From Patescibacteria group bacterium (GTDB lineage Bacteria; Patescibacteriota; UBA1384; DATEAH01), in the NCBI GenBank assembly GCA_035288465.1, contig DATEAH010000005.1:3636-67635 (forward strand): 64,000 nt of DNA. Reading direction: 5' to 3'. Position numbers and translations under genes: made by a program. The notes beneath the pieces are model-generated. The model did not search any database, was not told where the DNA came from, and saw only the letters and a list, made by a program, of their open reading frames with translations. This document shows, piece after piece, positions 1 through 9,384 of the stretch; the first letter of the stretch is position 1; each line of letters begins with the position of its first letter.

Positions 1-113
1 TTCATTTTAAAATCAAGGTTCCCTTTCGGACCTGAAACTTTGACTTTTTGATCACCAACCGTGACTTGTACCCCTTCTGGAATTGTAATTATTCTTCGGC
101 CAAGCTTTGACAT
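1..113 (-). CDS. rplF: 50S ribosomal protein L6, N-terminal part only (gene continues past window start)
   Basis: Reverse-complement translation MSKLGRRIITIPEGVQVTVGDQKVKVSGPKGNLDFKM matches the L6 N-terminus. Start codon (cat on + strand) at 111-113; lies immediately downstream of rpsH in the conserved order. Confidence 0.85.
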   Translation of the reverse strand, partial: MSKLGRRIITIPEGVQVTVGDQKVKVSGPKGNLDFKM

Positions 114-121
114 TTATCTCC

Positions 122-511
122 TTACCAAACTCGACAAATTACTTCACCGCCTAAACCAGTTTTTTTTGCATCCATATCGTTCATTAAACCTTTTGGCGTG
201 GAAATAACTAATCGGGTATAACCTCGGGTGAGTTTGGAAATTTCTTTGGTTGAAATATAATACCGGCGGCCAGGTTTCGAAATACGAATTATATCAGAAA
301 TTGCCGGTCGCTCATTTTGATATTTTAAAGTTAGCACCAAAAACATTCTTTTAGCCCTGGTAACTTTTTTAAAACTATCGATAAAATCTAATGTTACTAA
401 AACTTTGGCAAAATTTTCTTTAAATTTGGAATGAGGCACGAATACTTTCGCTTTTTGAATATTCTGGGCATTTTTGATTCTGGCAATCATGTCTGATATT
501 GGGTCTGTCAT
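122..511 (-). CDS. rpsH: 30S ribosomal protein S8
   Basis: ORF MTDPISDMIARIKNAQN... has the typical S8 N-terminus and length (129 aa); operon position between L5/S14 and L6. Confidence 0.93.
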   Translation of the reverse strand: MTDPISDMIARIKNAQNIQKAKVFVPHSKFKENFAKVLVTLDFIDSFKKVTRAKRMFLVLTLKYQNERPAISDIIRISKPGRRYYISTKEISKLTRGYTRLVISTPKGLMNDMDAKKTGLGGEVICRVW

Positions 512-529
512 TTTGAATCTCCTTTGATC

Positions 530-715
530 TTACCAACTCGCTTTGGTTATTCCTGGTAAATCCCCTTTTGAAGCTAATTCGCGGAAACAAATTCTACACA
601 AGCCAAAATCCCGCATAAAAGCTCTTTTTCGACCACATTTTAAACAACGGCTGACTTTTCTGGTTGAATATTTTGGTTTACGTTGTGATTTTAAAATTTG
701 CGATTTTTTAGCCAT
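530..715 (-). CDS. rpsN: 30S ribosomal protein S14 type Z (zinc-binding)
   Basis: 61 aa, two CxxC pairs (CLKCGRK ... CRICFRE), ends ...KASW; position between L5 and S8. Confidence 0.92.
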   Translation of the reverse strand: MAKKSQILKSQRKPKYSTRKVSRCLKCGRKRAFMRDFGLCRICFRELASKGDLPGITKASW

Positions 716-1274
716 TTTTCTCCTTAGTTTGGAAAATAATTCCTAATTGTCGAAATAATAATTCGGCTTCTTCTCTATTTTTGGCATTGGTGACAAAATT
801 AATCTGAAGCCCAAAGGTTTTGACAACTTGATCTGGTTTAATCTCAGGAAACACAATTTGTTCACGAATGCCTAAATTTAAATTAAAACCTTGATCTAAA
901 GCTGATGGTTTTACTCCACGAAAATCTCTAATTCGAGGCAAGACAATATTGATAATTTTATCCATAAAATTATACATTCTTTTGCCTCTTAGAGTTACCA
1001 CCAAACCGACCGGCATGCCCTTTCTCAATTTAAAACCAGAAATGGCTTTAGTTGATTTGGCAACCTTGGGTTTTTGGCCGGTTATATGGGATAAATCCAA
1101 AATTATAGGCTCTAAACTTTTAGAATCTTCAGACATCATCCGGCCAATTCCAACATTAACAATCACTTTAGTAACTTTGGGAACGGCTAAATTATTTTTA
1201 TATCCAAAATTTTTCTTGAAAAAGGGGATAATTTCTTTTTGGAATTTGGTTTGTAATTTGTCCATAAACCTCAT
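708..1274 (-). CDS. rplE: 50S ribosomal protein L5
   Basis: 188-aa ORF with L5-like sequence ([14 protein letters not shown]..., [12 protein letters not shown]...); conserved position. Confidence 0.92.
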   Translation of the reverse strand: MRFMDKLQTKFQKEIIPFFKKNFGYKNNLAVPKVTKVIVNVGIGRMMSEDSKSLEPIILDLSHITGQKPKVAKSTKAISGFKLRKGMPVGLVVTLRGKRMYNFMDKIINIVLPRIRDFRGVKPSALDQGFNLNLGIREQIVFPEIKPDQVVKTFGLQINFVTNAKNREEAELLFRQLGIIFQTKEKNG

Positions 1275-1278
1275 TTGT

Positions 1279-1629
1279 TTAAATTTCTTCAGCGCATTTT
1301 TTACAAATTCTAACTTTTTTTTGCGCCGTGATTTTAAAACCTGTTCTGGTGGCTTTGTGACATTTTGGGCAAATCAACATTAAATTCGAAGTGGTGATCG
1401 GAACGGCAATTTCAACTTTACCACCTTTGGGATTTTTTTTAGTCGGTTTGACATGTTTTTTAATAATATTAATGCCTGAAATTTGAACTTTGCGATTCTT
1501 GGGAAATGCTTTTTCGATTTTACCGGTTTTACCACGATCTTTGCCTGAAATTACTAAAACATTGTCGCCTTTTTTAAGTTTAATGCTGATATTTTTTAAA
1601 TTTTTATTCTGAAACTTATGAATTTTCAT
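1279..1629 (-). CDS. rplX: 50S ribosomal protein L24 with C-terminal CxxC...CxxC zinc-ribbon-like extension
   Basis: KOW-type core (GDNVLVISGKDRGKTGKI) followed by tail ICPKCHKATRTGFKITAQKKVRICKKCAEEI; position between L14 and L5. Confidence 0.9.
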   Translation of the reverse strand: MKIHKFQNKNLKNISIKLKKGDNVLVISGKDRGKTGKIEKAFPKNRKVQISGINIIKKHVKPTKKNPKGGKVEIAVPITTSNLMLICPKCHKATRTGFKITAQKKVRICKKCAEEI

Positions 1630-1632
1630 TTT

Positions 1633-2001
1633 TTATACTACCTCTGGGGCTAAGGAAATAATTTTTTTATAACCCCTTTCCCTTAATTCTCGAGCGACTG
1701 GCCCTAAAATTCGGGTGCCTTTCGGATTTTTATCAGGATTAATAATCACCACGGCGTTATCATCAAATTTAATTGACGAACCGTCTCGGCGTTTAAAATT
1801 CTGGCGTTGTCGGACAATGACGGCTTTCACCACCTGCTTTTTCTTAACTTGACCATTTGGAATAGCACTCTTTACAGATGCAGTGATTAAATCGCCAATT
1901 CGAGCATAACGACGCTTAGTGCCACCAACAACTTGAATACACAATAATTCTCTGGCACCAGAATTGTCGGCAACTTTTAATCTTGAATATAATTGAATCA
2001 T
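1633..2001 (-). CDS. rplN: 50S ribosomal protein L14
   Basis: [27 protein letters not shown]... aligns with canonical L14 ([15 protein letters not shown]). The ORF track extends 16 codons upstream (to 2049), but the MIQ start fits L14 and avoids overlapping rpsQ. Confidence 0.9.
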   Translation of the reverse strand: MIQLYSRLKVADNSGARELLCIQVVGGTKRRYARIGDLITASVKSAIPNGQVKKKQVVKAVIVRQRQNFKRRDGSSIKFDDNAVVIINPDKNPKGTRILGPVARELRERGYKKIISLAPEVV

Positions 2002-2021
2002 AATACTCCTAAAATCACAGT

Positions 2022-2321
2022 TTAGGCGAGGCGTCTTAAGACTTGCCAATGTTTATTTTTTGAAATTGGCCGAGATTCAATAATTTCGACGGTTTCGCCT
2101 TCTTTGAATTCGTTTTTGGGATCATGAGCTTGAAAATGTCGATTAATTTTAAATTTCTTGCGATACACAGGATGTTCTTTCAAGCGCTCAACTGAAACTA
2201 CCACGGTTTTATCCATTTTATCGGAAATAATAACGCCTTTTAAAATCTTTTTATTGGAAAATTTAGGTAAACTTTTAGATTTTTGGGAAGATTTTTTAAT
2301 AGGAGTAGTTTTAGTTTTCAT
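2022..2321 (-). CDS. rpsQ: 30S ribosomal protein S17 (with basic N-terminal extension)
   Basis: [43 protein letters not shown]... is S17-like; operon position. Confidence 0.9.
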   Translation of the reverse strand: MKTKTTPIKKSSQKSKSLPKFSNKKILKGVIISDKMDKTVVVSVERLKEHPVYRKKFKINRHFQAHDPKNEFKEGETVEIIESRPISKNKHWQVLRRLA

Positions 2322-2616
2322 TTTGATCCTTATGGTTATCTATTTTTTGGGATTGATTATTTTTAATTTTTTTATCTGCTGTTTCTTCTTTTAAGGAAGA
2401 ATCTTTAATTAAATCTGCGGCTATTTTTTCTCGAATCACAGTTTGACAACGGGCGATATTTTTTTTGACTTTTTTTAAATCAGCGGTTTTCTTTAATTTT
2501 TCCATTAAATGATCCTTTCGCATTTGAAAATATTTTTCCCGCTCAACTTGTAATTCTTTGACCAACTCGGGTAAGTTTTTATTTCGAATTTTCTTTAATT
2601 CCTCTTTAGTCTTCAT
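2311..2616 (-). CDS. rpmC: 50S ribosomal protein L29 (with long charged C-terminal extension)
   Basis: [35 protein letters not shown]... L29-like helical N-terminus; position between L16 and S17. Confidence 0.85.
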   Translation of the reverse strand: MKTKEELKKIRNKNLPELVKELQVEREKYFQMRKDHLMEKLKKTADLKKVKKNIARCQTVIREKIAADLIKDSSLKEETADKKIKNNQSQKIDNHKDQNEN

Positions 2617-3027
2617 TTATTCTTCCTTTTCCACAAATCTGGTTCGAATTGGTAGTTTAAAGGCGGCTAGAGTGATGGCTCTTTTAGCTAATTCTCGGGT
2701 AACTCCATCCATTTCAAACAAAATTGTCCCAGGTGCTACGCGAGCCACAAAATGTGAAACCGCTCCTTTACCACCACCCATTCGAGTTTCAACAGGCAAA
2801 GCTGTTTTAGGTTTGTCCGGATAAATTCTAATCCAAACTTCTCCGCCACGCTTAATTTCCCGGGTCATGGCACGTCTAGCAGCTTCAATCTGACGAGCGG
2901 AAATTAATCTAGCTTCTAAAGCTTTTAAGCCATATCTGCCAAAGACCAAATTTTGACCTTTGGTGGCAACTTTTCTCAAAGTGCCTTTTTGCTGTTTTCG
3001 ATATTTCATTTTTCGTGGCATTAACAT
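2617..3027 (-). CDS. rplP: 50S ribosomal protein L16
   Basis: [15 protein letters not shown]... [23 protein letters not shown] is L16-like; position. Confidence 0.93.
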   Translation of the reverse strand: MLMPRKMKYRKQQKGTLRKVATKGQNLVFGRYGLKALEARLISARQIEAARRAMTREIKRGGEVWIRIYPDKPKTALPVETRMGGGKGAVSHFVARVAPGTILFEMDGVTRELAKRAITLAAFKLPIRTRFVEKEE

Positions 3028-3056
3028 GATAACTCTTTTTTAATACTTATTTTAGG

Positions 3057-3692
3057 TTATTTATTATTTTCTTCGATTTTTTTATAAACCCAAACTTTAA
3101 TACCAATGGTGCCATATTTAGTAAAAGCATCAACTTTGGCAAAATCTAAGGGGATTTTGAGGGTTTGCGTCGGAATCGAGCCTGAACCAAATTTTTCTCG
3201 ACGCGCAATTTCAGCACCATTTAAACGTCCCCCAATTTCAATTTTAATCCCGATGGCGCCAGCATCTTTAGCACGCTCAATTGCCATATTAACGGCGCGG
3301 CGATATGCGACCCGACGGGCAAGTTGAAAAGCAATATTTTCAGCAATAATTTGCGCTCTCGTGTCTGGATCGTGAACTTCAAAGATTTCAATTTTGACTT
3401 TTTTACCGATTTTTTTGTCTAAATAATTTTTTAAATCTTCAGTCCCCTTACCGCTGCGACCAATGAGGACACCCGGTTTCGGGGTATAAATTAAAATTTT
3501 AATATCCCCACCTCGTTCTCTAACAATTTCAATTAACTCAATCGTGCCAAGGCTAAATTTGGCTTTGATTTCTTTTCTAATATTTAAATCTTCCATCACG
3601 ATTTGAGGATAATTTTTTTTGCTATACCATTTTGAATGCCAATTTTTATTTAGAGGCAGTCTTAGACTTTCTGGATTGACTTTTTGTCCCAT
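3057..3692 (-). CDS. rpsC: 30S ribosomal protein S3
   Basis: MGQKVNPESLRLPLNKNWHSKWYS... with KH-domain region GVLIGRSGKG; 211 aa. Confidence 0.93.
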   Translation of the reverse strand: MGQKVNPESLRLPLNKNWHSKWYSKKNYPQIVMEDLNIRKEIKAKFSLGTIELIEIVRERGGDIKILIYTPKPGVLIGRSGKGTEDLKNYLDKKIGKKVKIEIFEVHDPDTRAQIIAENIAFQLARRVAYRRAVNMAIERAKDAGAIGIKIEIGGRLNGAEIARREKFGSGSIPTQTLKIPLDFAKVDAFTKYGTIGIKVWVYKKIEENNK

Positions 3693-4164
3693 TTTCTTCT
3701 CCTTTTTTTGCAGCTGGGGTTATGGTTGGTTTATTATTTTTATGGTCGGTTAATTTTTTTGAAGTGTTTTTTTCGGTTTTTGTAGATTCAACTTTATCTT
3801 CATATTTGGATGGTTTTTGGGGAGCTTTAACGTCTGCTAAAATGATGGTCAGATGAGAGGTGCGACGCTTGATAATGTCGGCTCGGCCTTTGGCGCGAAT
3901 TTTTCTTCTTTTTAAGGATGGACCGCCGTCAACTCTAATTTCTTTAATAGAAAGTTTTTCACCATCTAAATCCTTTTCTTTGGCAGCTGCGAGGGCGGAT
4001 TTTAACAATTGATGAATATATTTTGCCGATTTGGTGGGTGAAAATTTCAACGATTCTTCGGCTAAAATTGCCTTTTCGCCACGAACGGAATCGGCGATTA
4101 ATCTCGCTTTTTTGGGTGAAACTCTGGCATATTTGAAACAAACCTTAATCTCTGTTTTTTCCAT
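3646..4164 (-). CDS. rplV: 50S ribosomal protein L22 with ~60-aa Lys/Thr-rich C-terminal extension
   Basis: Core VRVDGGPSLKRRKIRAKGRADIIKRRTSHLTIIL is L22-like; the tail overlaps the rpsC start by ~47 nt. Confidence 0.88.
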   Translation of the reverse strand: MEKTEIKVCFKYARVSPKKARLIADSVRGEKAILAEESLKFSPTKSAKYIHQLLKSALAAAKEKDLDGEKLSIKEIRVDGGPSLKRRKIRAKGRADIIKRRTSHLTIILADVKAPQKPSKYEDKVESTKTEKNTSKKLTDHKNNKPTITPAAKKGEENGTKSQSRKSKTASK

Positions 4165-4172
4165 TTTTTCCT

Positions 4173-4511
4173 TTATTTTTTAGTCGCAGTTGCACTTTCG
4201 CTAGTTGTGCTAATTGCTCCGGCTTGGCGTTGACCCATTTCTTCCTCACGAGCCATTCTACCACCATGTCTGGTAAATTTTCTGGTTTTTGAAAATTCAC
4301 CTAATTTATGTCCGACCATTTCCTCGGAAATTTTGACTGAAATGTGTTCTTTGCCATTGTGAACGCCAAAAGTAAAACCAACCATCTCCGGGGTAATTGT
4401 GGCTGATCTTGACCAAGTTTTAATTGGTTTTGAATCGCCAGCGGCTTTTTTGGCAACTTTTTTCAATAATTTTTCATCAATATATGGACCTTTTTTAAGG
4501 GATCTGGACAT
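4173..4511 (-). CDS. rpsS: 30S ribosomal protein S19 (with C-terminal extension)
   Basis: [19 protein letters not shown]...[33 protein letters not shown] is S19-like. Confidence 0.92.
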   Translation of the reverse strand: MSRSLKKGPYIDEKLLKKVAKKAAGDSKPIKTWSRSATITPEMVGFTFGVHNGKEHISVKISEEMVGHKLGEFSKTRKFTRHGGRMAREEEMGQRQAGAISTTSESATATKK

Positions 4512-4526
4512 GATACTCCTAAGATA

Positions 4527-5348
4527 TTATTTTCTTTTTTTAACAATTAATCTGTCAGAAGCTTGGCGTTTTCTGGTTTTATAACCTTTTGTAGGTTTGC
4601 CCCAAGGAGTTTTTGGCGATGGCATACCAACCGATGAGCGACCTTCACCACCACCATGAGGGTGAGCGTTTGGGGACATGGCCACACCTCGGACTTTGGG
4701 TCTAATATTTTGCCAGCGTTTTCGGCCAGCTTTACCAATCTTGATGAGTGAATTTTCTGGAAATGACAAGGCGCCAATTGAGGCTGAGCATTCGGCTAAG
4801 ACTTTTTTAACTTCTCGGGATGGAAACTGAATTGTAACATATTTTCCCTCTTTTGACAAGAGTTGAGCCGAAGCACCTGCCGATCTAACAGTTTGTCCGC
4901 CACGACCAGGATTTAACTCGATATTGTGTAAAACCGTACCAGTGGGTAAATTTTTTAATTTGGCGCGATTTCCAGTTTTGACCGGGGTTTTATCGGCAAA
5001 AATTACCGAATCTGTAACTTTTAAACCTTGTGGCGCTAAAATATATCTTTTTTCACCATCCGAAAAAACAATTTGAGCAATTCGAGCGGTTCGATTAGGA
5101 TCATATTCAATTGAAACTACTTTGGCTGAAAGATTTAATTTATTCTGTAAAAAATCAATTTTTCGAAAAAGTCTTTTGGCACCACCGCCTCTTTGACCAA
5201 CCGAAATTCCAGCTTTGGTGTGACCTCTCTTGCGATTATTTTTAACAATTAAAGATTTTTGCGGCTTTTTGGCGGTAATTTCTTTAAAATCTGCGCCGGA
5301 CATTTTTCGACGCGCTTGTGAAGTATTTTTATATTTCTTAATTCCCAT
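4527..5348 (-). CDS. rplB: 50S ribosomal protein L2
   Basis: 273 aa; GRNxxG..TxRxRGGGxKR-like motifs (GRGGQTVRSAGASAQ, SPNAHPHGGGEGR). Confidence 0.94.
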   Translation of the reverse strand: MGIKKYKNTSQARRKMSGADFKEITAKKPQKSLIVKNNRKRGHTKAGISVGQRGGGAKRLFRKIDFLQNKLNLSAKVVSIEYDPNRTARIAQIVFSDGEKRYILAPQGLKVTDSVIFADKTPVKTGNRAKLKNLPTGTVLHNIELNPGRGGQTVRSAGASAQLLSKEGKYVTIQFPSREVKKVLAECSASIGALSFPENSLIKIGKAGRKRWQNIRPKVRGVAMSPNAHPHGGGEGRSSVGMPSPKTPWGKPTKGYKTRKRQASDRLIVKKRK

Positions 5349-5375
5349 AAGAATCCTTTTTAAAGATGTTTAAAA

Positions 5376-5675
5376 TTATTTAATCGTTTCAAAGCCGGGA
5401 ATTTTTTGACCCTTTTTCAAAACCACGATGGCCTTTTTTTGACCTTTGATTTTTCGAACCATCATCCCATGCTTGGTAGGAGTTGCTTTCTGTTTGCCGG
5501 GATTTTTGGTAATGTTTATTTTAAGCGGATTAACTTTATATATTTTCTTGACTGCCGCATTAATTTGATTTTTGGTAGCAGTTTTAGCAACTAAAATCGT
5601 AAATTTACCGCTGTTAGCTAAAAAGGCGGTTTTTTCGGTTACTTTCGGGCCGATAATTATTTCATAACTTTCCAT
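5376..5675 (-). CDS. rplW: 50S ribosomal protein L23
   Basis: MESYEIIIGPKVTEKT...; 99 aa; position between L4 and L2. Confidence 0.9.
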   Translation of the reverse strand: MESYEIIIGPKVTEKTAFLANSGKFTILVAKTATKNQINAAVKKIYKVNPLKINITKNPGKQKATPTKHGMMVRKIKGQKKAIVVLKKGQKIPGFETIK

Positions 5676-5691
5676 TAATGCTCCAGGAATA

Positions 5692-6354
5692 TTAAAATGT
5701 TTTAACTATTTGTTCAAAACCAGCCTTGGTAGTTAAAATATATTCGAAATTTAATAAATCTAAAATATTTAAACTATCAGGCGATAAAATCTTTACATAA
5801 GCTAAATTCCGTGCAGATTTAATGATCTTTTCATCACGAACATCAGGAAGCAATAACACGGTGTCAAAAATATTCAAATTTGATAAAATTTCCTGCATTT
5901 TTTTAGTTTTAATTTCAGATAAAGCCAATTTTTCGACAATGATTAATTTTTGATGGGCAATTTTATCAGACAAAACCGCTTGGACGGCACTTTTTCGTTC
6001 TTTTTTGGGCATTTGAATTTGATAATTATTTTCAGGAGTTGGCCCAAAAGCGACGCCACCTTTTCGCCAAATTGGGTTTCGAGACGACCCAAATCGAGCA
6101 CGTCCGGTGCCTTTTTGCCGCCAAGGTTTTTTACCACCGCCCCGTCTTTCGGCTCGGTTTTTGGTGTGGGCCGTGGAAATTTGTTTCTTGGCTAATTGCC
6201 ATTGAACGGCTTTTAAAATCAAGTGTTCTTTGGGGGTAATTTTTAAAACCTCAGGAATTGAAATTTGGCCAGCTTTTTCGCCGTTTAATTTAAAAACCTG
6301 AATCTTTAAAACTTTTTTATTGGTGGGGATTTTTTGAGCAATTGTTTTTGGCAT
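5692..6354 (-). CDS. rplD: 50S ribosomal protein L4
   Basis: 220 aa; RRGGGKKPWRQKGTGRAR motif. Confidence 0.93.
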   Translation of the reverse strand: MPKTIAQKIPTNKKVLKIQVFKLNGEKAGQISIPEVLKITPKEHLILKAVQWQLAKKQISTAHTKNRAERRGGGKKPWRQKGTGRARFGSSRNPIWRKGGVAFGPTPENNYQIQMPKKERKSAVQAVLSDKIAHQKLIIVEKLALSEIKTKKMQEILSNLNIFDTVLLLPDVRDEKIIKSARNLAYVKILSPDSLNILDLLNFEYILTTKAGFEQIVKTF

Positions 6355-6361
6355 TAGACTC

Positions 6362-6976
6362 CTATTCAGCTTTAACTAAGACTAAATTACTCTTGGCTGC
6401 ACCCGGAACAGCCCCTTTGATTAATATAATATTTTTATCAGCTTGAACATCAATGATGACGGCTTTTTTAATGGTGATATTATCACTGCCCATATGTCCC
6501 GGCATTTTTTTGCCTTTTACGACGTGTTGTGGAAACATGGAACCAATTGATCCTGGACGACGATGGTGGTGTGAACCATGAGTCTCTGGACCTCGAGAAA
6601 AGCCATGTCTTTTGATTACACCAGCAAAGCCTTTTCCCTTTGAAACTCCTTGAACATTGACTTTATCGCCAGTTTGAAAAATATCCGCTTTGATTTCTTG
6701 CCCAAGTTCCAAATTATCAATTTTCTTGGCGGGAATTTCTCTAACAAAACTTAAATTTTTCGAAATTTTAGCTTTAGCGAGATGACCCTTTTGGGTTTTT
6801 AAAAGATGCTTTTTTTCACGAAAAGCTAATTGGACGGCGGTGTAACCATCTTTTTCTGGCGTCCTTAATTGCGAGATATAACATGGCCCAGCTTCAACGA
6901 CGGTGACTGGCTGAGGATGATTTTTATCGTCATAAACTTGGGTCATGCCAATTTTTCTGGCGAGAATAAAATTCAT
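6362..6976 (-). CDS. rplC: 50S ribosomal protein L3
   Basis: MNFILARKIGMTQVYDD... GKKMPGHMG; 204 aa. Confidence 0.93.
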   Translation of the reverse strand: MNFILARKIGMTQVYDDKNHPQPVTVVEAGPCYISQLRTPEKDGYTAVQLAFREKKHLLKTQKGHLAKAKISKNLSFVREIPAKKIDNLELGQEIKADIFQTGDKVNVQGVSKGKGFAGVIKRHGFSRGPETHGSHHHRRPGSIGSMFPQHVVKGKKMPGHMGSDNITIKKAVIIDVQADKNIILIKGAVPGAAKSNLVLVKAE

Positions 6977-7102
6977 ATTATCTCTCTAAAAAATAAATTA
7001 ATCGTCCGGAACTAGCCTTAATTTTATCTTTTAATTATCTAAAAGTATCAAGGCTGTTATCTGGACTTTAACTTTAAAATTATCAATTTAGCAATTATTT
7101 AT

Positions 7103-7131
7103 ATTCTATCTCAAAATTTTTAGAAAGTCAA
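7103..7131 (-). promoter_or_regulatory. Sigma-70-like promoter upstream of rplC (minus strand: TTGACT-N17-TAGAAT)
   Basis: rc of 7126-7131 = TTGACT; rc of 7103-7108 = TAGAAT; 17-nt spacer; ~120 nt upstream of the rplC start. Confidence 0.5.
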
Positions 7132-7155
7132 CATTTATAGTATTTATAGTATTTT

Positions 7156-7824
7156 TTAGGTGGTAAATTCAAAAGTGGCAAGAATATCATCAGAGATTGA
7201 ATCGTGAGTGCCAGCCGCATTTGAATTTTCCCACATAATCGAATATTCTTTACCTTTATAAATGATATAAATCGTCGTTTGAAAGCTGCCGTCCAACATG
7301 CTGGGGGTGGTGGAGACTAATTTTAAAGCACTTTGACCATCAACAGTAATAGTAGATTCGATATCGGCTGAGTCTTGGCTTCTTAATTGGGCAAAGGTTT
7401 GTGTTTCAGAAGGAATTACCACGGACAATTTAGTAATTTTATATTCTGATTCGCAAGGAGGAGTATTGCCAAAATCAGTATCATCAACTAAAACTAAATC
7501 TTTGGTGCCAACTCTTCTACTATAGGTTTGGGTATCATAGCAACCTTCAGCGACAAAATAATTTGTTGGATATTTGAATTGATAATTTTGAGGCTCATTA
7601 ATATAGGTTTTCCAGTCGGCAGTTTTTTTATCGATCCCGGAACTACTTTCATCATCTGAGGTTGAGTTAGGTTTTACAGTCACGGTGGCGCTCTTTTTTT
7701 CTAAATCTGGAATGATTTTGTAATTGTAATAAGCCCAGACACCACCGCCGGCAGCCGCAGCAGCTAAAAGCACCAATAAAATACCCAAAATTGTGGAAAT
7801 CCCTTTTTCGGAATTTGGTTCCAT
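7156..7824 (-). CDS. Hypothetical membrane-anchored protein (N-terminal signal-anchor, extracytoplasmic domain); paralog of 7864..8838
   Basis: N-terminus GISTILGILLVLLAAAAAGGGVWAYYNYKIIPDLEKK is near-identical to that of the adjacent upstream gene; contains an FKYPTNYF motif. Inserted between rpsJ and rplC. Confidence 0.7.
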   Translation of the reverse strand: MEPNSEKGISTILGILLVLLAAAAAGGGVWAYYNYKIIPDLEKKSATVTVKPNSTSDDESSSGIDKKTADWKTYINEPQNYQFKYPTNYFVAEGCYDTQTYSRRVGTKDLVLVDDTDFGNTPPCESEYKITKLSVVIPSETQTFAQLRSQDSADIESTITVDGQSALKLVSTTPSMLDGSFQTTIYIIYKGKEYSIMWENSNAAGTHDSISDDILATFEFTT

Positions 7825-7863
7825 TTTCCCTCCTTGATGAATTGTTTTATAATTTAGAATATT

Positions 7864-8838
7864 CTAAAACTTTAATGATTTCATTGCCAAATCAATGGTG
7901 TCCATTAATTCACCAAAACTCAATTGACTTCGTGTTTTAGATTCAATTAAAGTTTTAAATTCAGCATGGATTCTTGTATTAACGATTTCTTGTTGATTGA
8001 GGGCGGTATTATTTAATTGATCATTGAGAGCTTTGGTTTCTTTGGTAAAGGAAGACATACTATAATCAATGTTTACAACCGCGTTTTCGTCTTGATTAAA
8101 AAGTACTACATAATAGGTAGGATAAATCCCGACATCTTGTCCGGAAGTATTAATGCAAGAGAAACCGCGTGATTTATTGTCTGTGGAAGCAATGTATTTC
8201 CAGCTAATGGCGGACGAACCATTATATGGAAAAAATTCAATACTGAATTTACTTAAACGATTTATCAATTCGGGGGCTAGCTTTTGATTACTATATATTT
8301 CTTTCATCAAGGTTAATGCTTGCTTTCTTTCCGCTGAGGGCATAGTATATGGTTCGTTGGACGAATAGTTGCTCCATTTTGTCAAATTAGCATATTCTCC
8401 AATAACATTTGATTCGGTTTCTTTTTTATTCACCATATAAAATGAAATATCTTCCTTGGTGTTATTTTCCCATCCACTCTCCCTTCCACTCTCCCTAGTA
8501 ATTTTCCAGGTTTCTGGATATTTTAAAGTTGCTTTAGAAAAATCTAGGGTTAAAGTTTTCCAATTTGCAGTTTCGTCAGTTTTCGGGGTGGTGGTTGTTG
8601 AAGTCGAGGCTTTGTTGAGGTCTGGGATGACTCGATAGTTGTAATACGCCCAAACGCCACCACCAGCTAATAGCGCAATTAATAATAAGAGCAAAATTCC
8701 AGTAATTGTGGAAATGCCCTCTTGTGGATTTTCTCCATTGGTTGGCTCGCTTGTTGGTGCAGCTGGTGCTTGTTCGGTTGGTGGAGTTGGATCAGGTGCG
8801 GGATTAGCCACATGAAATTGATCTTGTTCTTCGCCCAT
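7864..8838 (-). CDS. Hypothetical membrane-anchored protein with Pro-rich cytoplasmic N-terminus; paralog of 7156..7824
   Basis: GISTITGILLLLLIALLAGGGVWAYYNYRVIPDLNK anchor; LKYPETWKI motif; 324 aa. Confidence 0.7.
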   Translation of the reverse strand: MGEEQDQFHVANPAPDPTPPTEQAPAAPTSEPTNGENPQEGISTITGILLLLLIALLAGGGVWAYYNYRVIPDLNKASTSTTTTPKTDETANWKTLTLDFSKATLKYPETWKITRESGRESGWENNTKEDISFYMVNKKETESNVIGEYANLTKWSNYSSNEPYTMPSAERKQALTLMKEIYSNQKLAPELINRLSKFSIEFFPYNGSSAISWKYIASTDNKSRGFSCINTSGQDVGIYPTYYVVLFNQDENAVVNIDYSMSSFTKETKALNDQLNNTALNQQEIVNTRIHAEFKTLIESKTRSQLSFGELMDTIDLAMKSLKF

Positions 8839-8892
8839 GGGTTCCTCCTTTTAGTTCAATTTAAAAATAAAAAAATAGATATTATATATTAA

Positions 8893-9225
8893 CTACATTT
8901 TAATTTCAATATCAACTCCGGCGGGTAAATCGAGTGTCATCAAAGAATCTACGGTTTTTGAAGTGGGATTGACAATATCAATTAAACGTTTGTGAACACG
9001 CATTTCAAACTGTTCTCGGGCATCTTTATGGACATTCGGCGATTTTAGGACGGTATAAAGAGTCCGTTGCGTGGGCAAAGGAATTGGACCCGACACTAAG
9101 GCACCGGTTCTTTCCGCGGTTTCAACAATTTTCTCCGCGGCATTATCGGCAATTCGATAATCAAAGGCAGTTAATTTAATGCGAATCTTGGTTTTCTTTT
9201 TAATACTAGTGGTCTTGGGAGACAT
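8893..9225 (-). CDS. rpsJ: 30S ribosomal protein S10
   Basis: [39 protein letters not shown]... is canonical S10. Confidence 0.93.
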   Translation of the reverse strand: MSPKTTSIKKKTKIRIKLTAFDYRIADNAAEKIVETAERTGALVSGPIPLPTQRTLYTVLKSPNVHKDAREQFEMRVHKRLIDIVNPTSKTVDSLMTLDLPAGVDIEIKM

Positions 9226-9239
9226 TTTTTTAAATTCCT

Positions 9240-9384
9240 AAATATTTTCTACAAAATACGAATCGGCACAAAAATACAAAAAGTTGATTGAAGTTGATTG
9301 ATTTTATATAATACGAATTCTGACAAAAATACGAAACGTAAAATTTTATTTTTGTATTTTGGTATAATTTTTGTATTTCGTAGA
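9240..9384. promoter_or_regulatory. Repeat-rich tuf-rpsJ intergenic region (CAAAAATACGAA units, direct and inverted; tandem GTTGATTGA x2)
   Basis: Direct reading: acaaaatacgaatcggcacaaaaatacaaaaag ... aatacgaattctgacaaaaatacgaaacg ... ttttgtatttcgtag. Confidence 0.35.
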
